A DNA stretch of 64,000 nucleotides, taken from contig DASVZC010000019.1 in the NCBI GenBank assembly GCA_036391835.1, positions 919-64,918 of the forward strand. The letters run 5' to 3'. Source of the DNA: Ktedonobacterales bacterium. GTDB lineage: Bacteria > Chloroflexota > Ktedonobacteria > Ktedonobacterales > JADMIN01. How positions within the stretch are numbered: the first letter of the stretch is position 1; each line of letters starts with the position of its first letter. Below, one piece after another: positions 57,430 to 64,000 of the stretch. The translations under genes were made by a program, and so were the position numbers. The notes below the pieces were generated by a model. That model was given only the letters and a program-made list of their open reading frames with translations, was not told the origin of the DNA and did not search any database.

Positions 57430-57724
57430 CCTGTCTCCTCACTCGCTCAACGCATTGAAATTGATGGCGCCAGTCTGTTAACGGCTGAACCAGTGCGCGG
57501 GTATCTGGCGCGGCGCGGCGCATCATTGTCGTCACAAGTTGGCGCATGATATTCTACCTATGCCTCTCAATGGCGAGAGTGGCGGAGTTGCGGATGGGGT
57601 CGCAAGGTTGCCCTACCAGGGACAAGCGACCCGGCGCGCCCGTCGTAATCTGTCTGACGATACGCGCTCCCACCGCGGGTTGGTGGGCAGGCAAATGCAG
57701 ACACGATGCACAGGAGAAACTGCC

Positions 57725-58636
57725 ATGGCGATGACGCGCGTGAAGCGGCCGACGCTTGCCGATCTTGATCTCAGCATCGGTAAGAAGACTCGTCTCCACC
57801 GGCTCCTCTATACGTTTGGCCCGGCGAACGGCACACTCATGTTCCTGCCGATTGACCAGGGCCTTGAGCACGGCCCACGAGACTTCTTTGTAAATCCCCC
57901 GGCGAAAGACCCGGACTTCCAGTTGCGGCTGGCGAAGGAAGGCGGCTTTTCGGGAATCGTCTTCCAGTATGGCATCGCGCAGAAGCATATGGCGAAATAT
58001 GCTGGCCAGGTGCCGCTCGTCCTCAAGCTGAACGGCAAGACAGAGATTCCGCCCGACAAGCAGGCGCTCTCTCCGATGATCGCCACGGTCGAAGACGCCG
58101 TGCGCCTTGGAGCCGACGCCATTGGCTACACGCTCTATGTTGGCTCGCCCATGCAGACGGAAGACTTCACACAGTTCCGCCTGATGCGTGAAGAGTGCGA
58201 CCGCTACGGCATGCCGATCATCGTGTGGGCGTATCCACGTGGCGAGGCCATCGAAACGAAGGGTGGCCGCGACAGCCTGTACGCCGTAGACTACGCGGCC
58301 CGCGTAGCTAGCGAACTTGGCGCCGATATCGTCAAGATCAACGTGCCGAAGCTCGACCCTGAGAAGGACAAAGCGGCGCCCAAGCCCTACAACACGATGA
58401 CCCCTACCCGCGAAGAAGCGACCCGCATGGTGGTGGAATCCGCTGGCAAGGCGATGGTGCTGTTCAGCGGCGGCGAAATGCAGGGCGACGGCGACATCAT
58501 CGACAAGGCGCGCATCGCCATGGACTCCGGAGCGACCGGGCTGATCTTCGGCCGCAACGTCTGGCAGCGCCCGTTCGACGAAGCCATCGCGCTGTCCCAG
58601 CAATTCAGCAAGCTGCTCAGCGAGTATTCAGCCTAG
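57725..58636 (+). CDS. Class I (DhnA/FbaB-type) fructose-bisphosphate aldolase family protein
   Basis: MFLPIDQGLEHGP, LKLNG, GADAIGYTLYVGS, DIVKINVP and GLIFGRNVWQ motifs. AGGAGA SD. Confidence 0.85.
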   Translation: MAMTRVKRPTLADLDLSIGKKTRLHRLLYTFGPANGTLMFLPIDQGLEHGPRDFFVNPPAKDPDFQLRLAKEGGFSGIVFQYGIAQKHMAKYAGQVPLVLKLNGKTEIPPDKQALSPMIATVEDAVRLGADAIGYTLYVGSPMQTEDFTQFRLMREECDRYGMPIIVWAYPRGEAIETKGGRDSLYAVDYAARVASELGADIVKINVPKLDPEKDKAAPKPYNTMTPTREEATRMVVESAGKAMVLFSGGEMQGDGDIIDKARIAMDSGATGLIFGRNVWQRPFDEAIALSQQFSKLLSEYSA

Positions 58637-58668
58637 CTGCGATTCCATAGCGAATCTATCTGCACGCG

Positions 58669-58705
58669 CGAGACGCTAGCCCACATGGGCTAGCGTCTCC
58701 ATTTC
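58669..58705 (+). terminator. Strong intrinsic terminator
   Basis: GAGACGCTAGCCCA pairs with TGGGCTAGCGTCTC (14-nt complementary arms), followed by CATTTCT. Confidence 0.8.
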
Positions 58706-58855
58706 TACTCACTGTATACTTGCTTTATCTAGCAAAGTACTAGCCGATTGTGGCTATACTCCGGATGTGGATATACTGACTGATGTGCGTATCAGGAAGC
58801 AGGCGACAGGCGCCTGGACACGTGACACGCCGATGTTTGGTGGGAGAGGTGCTCC

Positions 58856-59545
58856 ATGGACTCAATTCGAATCATGCTGATTGACGAGCATCCGCTCTTT
58901 CGGCAAGGCTGCCGCGCTACGCTGGAGGCCGCGGGCGACTGCGTAGTGATCGCCGAAAGCTCCAGCAGCCGCGAGGGTCTGGATCTTGCCAAGCAACACA
59001 TGCCGGATGTCATCCTGATCGACGCACTGCTTTCGACCAATGACGCCCTCGAACTTGCGCGTCAGCTGCGGCACGCCAGCCCGCGAGTCGCCATCATCAT
59101 GCTCACCGCGTTCGAGGATGAGGAGCAACTCTTCCAGACGATGAAGCTGGGCGCCGCCGCATATCTGCTGAAGGGCATCTCACCTGATGAACTGGTGGAA
59201 GCCGTGCGCAAGGTCAGCCGTGGCATCTACATCATCAACGACAATGTGCTCTCGCGCCCCACAGTCGCCAAGCGCGTGCTTCGCGTCTTCCGCGAGATGA
59301 CCGCCGAAGAGCCGCCAGAAGTGCAGCCGCTGTATTCCCCGCTTTCAGGCCGTGAAATTGAGATCTTGGACTACATTGCGCGGGGTAACAGTAACAAAGA
59401 GATCGCGAAGTCGTTAGGTATTAGTGATCAGACGGTCAAGAACCACATTACCTCCATCCTGAAGAAGCTCTCCGTCAATGACCGCACGGCGGCTGTCGTA
59501 CATGCCCTGCGGAAGGGATGGATCAAGATGGACAATGAAGCCTAG
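58856..59545 (+). CDS. NarL/FixJ (LuxR-type) response regulator
   Basis: REC (IMLIDEHPLF...DVILIDALL...LLKGI) plus LuxR HTH (LSGREIEILDYIARGNSNKEIAKSLGISDQTVKNHITSILKKL). Confidence 0.9.
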   Translation: MDSIRIMLIDEHPLFRQGCRATLEAAGDCVVIAESSSSREGLDLAKQHMPDVILIDALLSTNDALELARQLRHASPRVAIIMLTAFEDEEQLFQTMKLGAAAYLLKGISPDELVEAVRKVSRGIYIINDNVLSRPTVAKRVLRVFREMTAEEPPEVQPLYSPLSGREIEILDYIARGNSNKEIAKSLGISDQTVKNHITSILKKLSVNDRTAAVVHALRKGWIKMDNEA

Positions 59546-59662
59546 CTGTCCTGAGCATCGTGTCCTGAGCATCATGGCCTCCAACTGTCATCCAGCCGAT
59601 ACCCGGCGGATCTGACAGGTAGGCCAGAACATACTCGCGCATTGGGTAACAGGGGGTCGCGC

Positions 59663-60643
59663 ATGGCAAACTACGATGACAGCACGCCCCCCTATTCGCC
59701 CACAACCCCCTACTACAACACCGGCGCGCCTGCCCCATCAACTCACACAGCTCCATTGCGACCATCCAAGCAGACACCGCGCCGTGGCCCACTGAGTTCG
59801 CGGCTGGAGGCGCGTTCACGTAACACGCCCCTGCCGACATCGCCCTTGTCCAGCGACGACGTCGGCACGGTGACCACGTCTGACGGACCGTACACCAGTC
59901 GCACGACGGGCGCTCCACGCATTACAGGGGCGCCCATCGCCGATGATGCCGGGCCGGCGTGGTCATCCCTCACACAGGTCATGCGCGAGCCCAACGGCCT
60001 CGCCGAGATACTGCGCGATAGCCACAACTTCGGCTCACGCTGGGAGACTCGCGCGGACATGCTCGGCGCCTGTCTTGATGAGTATTACAAGCTGACGTCG
60101 AGCGTCAATGACGCGCGCAAGCTGCTGCAAGACACGGAGCGTGACATCACGACCCTCCGCCAGCAGCAATTCTCCGCCTACATGACGCTGCGCGAGCTAG
60201 AAGCCCATCTCGAAATGCACAGCCGCTCAGAACTGCGTTCGGCCTATCTGGGCGCCGCCGAGATCGAGATGCGCGTCTTCCGCGGAGAACAAGACCGCGA
60301 TATGCTGACCAGCCGTATCGACATGCTCGAAGGGTTTATGCAATTCCTTTCGCGTGTCATCGCAACGGTGAGAGCGATTGCCCCTGGCGCGATGGAGCAG
60401 GCGACAGATGTCGCCTCGGCCAGCGTCACCGGATCTTCCCAGGCGCCAGAGAGCGCATCTGAAAGTGAGTATGAAGAACTCGAAGTGTACGTCGACGAAG
60501 CCGAGGCGATGATCTTAAGTGGTGAAGTGGAAGTGGTGGCCATTGTACAGGAGGAAGATGCATCGACGGCGCAATCCGGGAATTCAAGCGCCCTAACAGC
60601 GCCAAACAAAACGGACGGTAATTCTACTCAAACCCCTTCGTAG
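59663..60643 (+). CDS. Hypothetical protein: P/T/S-rich disordered N-terminus, central coiled coil, acidic C-terminus
   Basis: ATG at 59663 with AGGGGG 7 nt upstream. Heptad-like region from about LTSSVNDARKLLQDTERDITTLRQQQ to SRIDMLEGFMQFL. Confidence 0.6.
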   Translation: MANYDDSTPPYSPTTPYYNTGAPAPSTHTAPLRPSKQTPRRGPLSSRLEARSRNTPLPTSPLSSDDVGTVTTSDGPYTSRTTGAPRITGAPIADDAGPAWSSLTQVMREPNGLAEILRDSHNFGSRWETRADMLGACLDEYYKLTSSVNDARKLLQDTERDITTLRQQQFSAYMTLRELEAHLEMHSRSELRSAYLGAAEIEMRVFRGEQDRDMLTSRIDMLEGFMQFLSRVIATVRAIAPGAMEQATDVASASVTGSSQAPESASESEYEELEVYVDEAEAMILSGEVEVVAIVQEEDASTAQSGNSSALTAPNKTDGNSTQTPS

Positions 60644-60975
60644 GACTATAGCAAGCTTGTCCGTTACTGGAGTGAGCAGTTCGCGTTACTGTATCTGAGT
60701 GGCGCCGAAGCAATCAACCTTTGTTCTCTCTGGCGACACTCATGGGCGATATGTGGTGGTGAGGAATGTTGGGGCTGTCTCGTAGACCTACCATGCCGCG
60801 CACCACATGATACACTGGGCGCTGGGCAACCGCTGTATGGTTGCTCTGGCCCTCATGAGGGTATGCGGCGCTACGAGCGTTCTGAACATTCAGCAGCGCT
60901 CCGATGCCCGCGAAAGTTGTGGCGCGAGCCGAAAGCAGCGCCAGATTCGTTGCTTATGCTTGGAGGATCCCTTCG

Positions 60976-61128
60976 ATGAACATGCTTTCTCGCCGCAGCA
61001 GCCGTGGCCAGGGTCTCGTGGAGTACGCGCTGATCATCGCGCTGGTCGCCATCGTGGTTATTGCCGCCCTCGTGCTGCTTGGCCCGGCCATTTCCAGCAT
61101 CTTCGTGCACATCAACAGCGCCCTCTAA
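60976..61128 (+). CDS. flp: Flp/Fap-family type IVb pilin
   Basis: MNMLSRRSSRG/QGLVEYALIIALVAIVVIAALVLLG: Flp motif with Glu at +5 after the predicted Gly cleavage site. GGAGGA SD 8 nt upstream. 50 aa. Confidence 0.8.
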   Translation: MNMLSRRSSRGQGLVEYALIIALVAIVVIAALVLLGPAISSIFVHINSAL

Positions 61129-61189
61129 GCGCTGTGTGCATTCTGTGGGGCGTCGGCTCACTGGCGCCTCACACGCACGTATCACTTGG

Positions 61190-61235
61190 ACGGGGTAGCC
61201 GCATCTCATACAAATGGATGTATGCGCTACCCCGT
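61190..61235 (+). terminator. Long hairpin after flp (attenuator/terminator)
   Basis: ACGGGGTAGC (61190-61199) pairs with GCTACCCCGT (61226-61235), with further inner pairing (GCAT/ATGC). CCCGTTTTG lies downstream. Confidence 0.55.
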
Positions 61236-61362
61236 TCCGCTTGTGCCCGTTTTGCACAATAGACGCGTCAGGCGCGTTCAGGAACACGCGCGCCAGGTCA
61301 TATTTTCCGAATCTCAGTTCGACTGCCGCGCCGCACTACCGCTGTGAGGAGGTACCCAATCC

Positions 61363-62166
61363 ATGGCAGCTCCCGCTCGCCCCATGCGCACCCGGTCGTC
61401 GGGTGGACGCACACTGATCTTGCTCGGTGTGCTCCTCGCCCTCGCCGCTGGCGCCATCGTGATCTTTGTGGTCAGCCAGTACACCACCGCTTCCTTGCAG
61501 ACGGAAACTGTGGTCGTCGCCGCGACTGACCTGACGGCAGGCTCCGTGCTCTCGACCTCGCAAAATGGTCAGGTCGGCACAACCACTGGGTCCTATGTGC
61601 TCATCTCAGCCGCGTTCACGACGAAAACCGTCAATACTGACTTCGCGCCCAAAGATGCCTACAAGTTCACCAGCCAGACAGACCTGAATACCTTCCTGAA
61701 CAATCAGGTCGTCTCTTCAGACTTCTACGCCGGCGAAATCCTGCGCAGCCCCGACCCCCGGTTGACGGCGCTAGGCTCTGGCGCGCCAGGTAGCTTGACG
61801 ACCAACAACCCTGGCCAAATCCACGAAGGCGATGTGCTCGCTGAGATCAAGGCGGACGGCAAACCGGCGGTGGTGCCAGGTGATCATATCGACCTGATCA
61901 TGTCGTACTGCAACCCGAATCTGCCAAACGTCTCTGGCGGCGGGGCGCCCTGCGAAAGCCAGACCACACTGCAAAACATCTACGTCTACTCAGTGCAGGG
62001 CAACATCATCTACGTCGTGGTCAAGCGCCAAGATGCCGTCGAGTTGCTCTTCCTGACGTCCAATGCGAGCAACATGGAACTCGCGATCCGCAAGCCGGGT
62101 GACTCGTCGTCGACCCCCACGACTCCGGTCAGTTCGTCGAAGATCATCTCCGACTTCTTCCACTAG
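61363..62166 (+). CDS. cpaB: Flp pilus assembly protein CpaB/RcpC family
   Basis: N-terminal TM followed by a SAF-like start (VVVAATDLTAGSVLS). Sits between flp and cpaE. Confidence 0.75.
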   Translation: MAAPARPMRTRSSGGRTLILLGVLLALAAGAIVIFVVSQYTTASLQTETVVVAATDLTAGSVLSTSQNGQVGTTTGSYVLISAAFTTKTVNTDFAPKDAYKFTSQTDLNTFLNNQVVSSDFYAGEILRSPDPRLTALGSGAPGSLTTNNPGQIHEGDVLAEIKADGKPAVVPGDHIDLIMSYCNPNLPNVSGGGAPCESQTTLQNIYVYSVQGNIIYVVVKRQDAVELLFLTSNASNMELAIRKPGDSSSTPTTPVSSSKIISDFFH

Positions 62167-62386
62167 GCCGCAGGGCAGGCGGAGTGGTCATCCACCTACT
62201 CGTGGGGGTGGTGTGATGCGGTATACTGCGTGAGTGTTCCCTCAAGCGGCTGAAACGGTCCGTTATCCCAACGAGGGGGGCGGGCCGTTTCCGTGCGCGA
62301 CGCAGTCATTGACGCGGCATGGTGGACTGCCGCATGTGGAGACATTCCGCGACTGGATACATCACTGTGTGACGGGGTAAAACAAG

Positions 62387-63652
62387 ATGGGACATCAACC
62401 GGACGGGCGTGGGGCTGATACTATCCGATTGCTGATTGTCGATGACATGGCGGAGACCGCCCAAAATGTGCAGAAGTTGCTGCATTTCGAGCGCGACATC
62501 CGTGTCGTAGGAATCGCGGCAAGTGGTCGTGAGGCTATCCAGAAGGCAGATCAACTTCACCCTGACGTCATCTTGTTAGACATCAACCTGCGCGACATGG
62601 ATGGCATCGAAGTCGCCGAAGAAATCGGCAAGCAGATCAGCACCTGCATCGTGATGATGTCCGTGCAGAGTGAGCCAGAATATTTCTCTCAAGCGATGTC
62701 GGTCGGCGCGCGCGGCTACCTCGTCAAGCCGTTCACCAGCGAGAAACTTGTCCGCACTATCCGGCGAGCCATCGAGGGCATGCCCCCACCTCAGCCGCAG
62801 CCTGTGGCGCCTCAGCGCGGCGGTGGCGGCGGCTATGAGCAGCAAAGCCACGCGGGCGGCCTCCACAAAATCGTCGCGGTCTACAGCCCGAAGGGTGGCG
62901 CAGGCACGAGTGTGATCGCCGCAAACCTTGCCATCGCATTGCAGCAACAGTCCGGGAAATCTGTCGCCCTCGTAGATGCGAACCTGCAGAACGGCGACGC
63001 GCATGTGCTGCTGAACATCAACACATCCTCCAGCATCGATGATCTGCGCGAGGCGGGTGTCGGTGCGATTGACCAGGATGTCATCAGTGGCACGGTCATC
63101 AAACACGCCGAATCGGAGATTGGGGTGCTGCGTGCGCCGCTCTCGCCCGAGACCGCTGAACTCTTCACCTCCGATGCTATGAAGGCAATTTTGGTGGAGT
63201 TGCGCGACCACTTCGACTACGTCATCATAGACACGGGCAGCTCCTTCACCGAAGCCACGCTGACCGTATTGGAAGTAGCTGATCTGGTCATCGCGCTGAC
63301 GACACTGGAAGTGACGACCATTCACCGCGTGAGCCAGTTCTTCCAACTGGCCGAGCGTGTGGGCATCTCCCTCTCGAAGGTCCGGCTCGTCTGCAACCGC
63401 GTCGAGCAATACTACGGCATTCGGCCAAACCAGGTAGAGTCGCAATTGCGCCGCCGCTTCTTCGCGCAGATTCCTGAGGATGAGAAGCTGGTGGTGGCCT
63501 CCATCAACCGTGGCGTGCCGTTCCAGATCTCGCAAAAGTCGGCGCCCATCTCTCGCGCCGTGCAGACGCTGGCAACCCGCACCATCGAGGTGCTCCAGCC
63601 GCCGCCAAACGATCAGGGGAACAGTCGCCGCTGGCCAGCGTTCCTCGGCTAA
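62387..63652 (+). CDS. cpaE: Receiver-domain + CpaE/TadZ-type ParA/MinD ATPase
   Basis: REC residues LLIVDD, DVILLDINLRDMDG, VMMSVQ and YLVKPF. Deviant Walker A VYSPKGGAGTS. Also IIDTGSSF. Confidence 0.85.
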   Translation: MGHQPDGRGADTIRLLIVDDMAETAQNVQKLLHFERDIRVVGIAASGREAIQKADQLHPDVILLDINLRDMDGIEVAEEIGKQISTCIVMMSVQSEPEYFSQAMSVGARGYLVKPFTSEKLVRTIRRAIEGMPPPQPQPVAPQRGGGGGYEQQSHAGGLHKIVAVYSPKGGAGTSVIAANLAIALQQQSGKSVALVDANLQNGDAHVLLNINTSSSIDDLREAGVGAIDQDVISGTVIKHAESEIGVLRAPLSPETAELFTSDAMKAILVELRDHFDYVIIDTGSSFTEATLTVLEVADLVIALTTLEVTTIHRVSQFFQLAERVGISLSKVRLVCNRVEQYYGIRPNQVESQLRRRFFAQIPEDEKLVVASINRGVPFQISQKSAPISRAVQTLATRTIEVLQPPPNDQGNSRRWPAFLG

Positions 63653-63668
63653 CCCTCGCGCGCGACAC

Positions 63669-63715
63669 GAACATCCCCTCACCCTGGCGCATCTTGCCAG
63701 TAGATGAGGGGATGT
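63669..63715. terminator. Bidirectional terminator between cpaE and leuS
   Basis: AACATCCCCTCA (63669-63680) pairs with TGAGGGGATGTT (63704-63715): 12 bp perfect, inner CTGGC/GCCAG stem, followed by GCTTTAT. Confidence 0.7.
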
Positions 63716-63719
63716 TGCT

Positions 63720-64000
63720 TTATCCGCGTGTCACCAGATTGATCAGACGGCCCGGCACGAAAATCACCTGCCGCACCTCGCGATCCGCCACCGCGCGCCG
63801 TACCGCATCCGTTGTCAGCGCCGCCGCCTGCGCATCCTCCTGAGTGGCCGTGGCCGCCAGCGTCAACTGCGCGCGCAGCCTGCCATCCACCTGCACAACC
63901 ACCGTGGCCGTCTCCGCACGCATCGCCTCCTCATCGGCCTCGGGCCACGCCTGCTGATGGACAAAGCCAGCTCCACCTATGCGCGACCACAGTTCCTCAC
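63720..64000 (-). CDS. leuS: Leucine--tRNA ligase, C-terminal part (gene continues beyond the right edge)
   Basis: The frame is open to the window end: ...EELWSRIGGAGFVHQQAWPEADEEAMRAETATVVVQVDGRLRAQLTL...VIFVPGRLINLVTRG*, the typical LeuS C-terminus. Confidence 0.85.
   Translation of the reverse strand, partial: EELWSRIGGAGFVHQQAWPEADEEAMRAETATVVVQVDGRLRAQLTLAATATQEDAQAAALTTDAVRRAVADREVRQVIFVPGRLINLVTRG

Noticed and set aside
1-64000. Search by eye for tRNA/rRNA/tmRNA/RNase P genes, CRISPR arrays, prophage or defence-island gene content (nucleases, helicases, methyltransferases, reverse transcriptases).
   Set aside because: None recognised. No GGTTCGAATCC-type T-loops in intergenic regions, no spaced direct repeats and no phage or defence hallmark proteins. 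tRNAscan-SE, Infernal and DefenseFinder runs would be the decisive checks.

Overview
High-GC, densely coding 64-kb chromosomal segment with about 64 CDS called. It looks like a Terrabacteria genome (Chloroflexota/Ktedonobacteria-like or actinobacterial), but that is only a guess from gene families. Most of the content is core, envelope or regulatory. Housekeeping genes are tyrS, leuS (3' partial at the right edge), mdh, rplY, prmC, cydAB and a class-I aldolase. Regulatory and stress genes include an hsp20 plus HspR-like MerR operon, two ECF sigma/anti-sigma pairs, and PadR-, TetR- and MocR-linked transporter modules. There are four MFS transporters, LysE and MarC exporters, an M50 protease, a GT87-like membrane protein and a DUF4012 protein. 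A prepilin peptidase and a short flp-cpaB-cpaE (Tad-type) cluster are also present. I recognised no rRNA, tRNA, CRISPR array, prophage or intact mobile element by eye; there is one IS5-family transposase remnant. I found no convincing new multi-gene system such as a defence island or biosynthetic cluster. The best follow-up candidates are: (1) the minimal Tad cluster, whose CpaE/TadZ ATPase has a fully canonical receiver domain and sits behind an orphan LuxR-type regulator and a coiled-coil protein; (2) an acidic disordered protein behind a near-consensus promoter and a structured leader of about 190 nt; (3) a 59-nt hairpin between hsp20 and its regulator, plus a 0.7-kb unexplained intergenic region upstream; (4) several regularly spaced operator-like repeat arrays; (5) a few large membrane or two-domain proteins with no recognisable family. 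Start codons were chosen by Shine-Dalgarno inspection and remain provisional.
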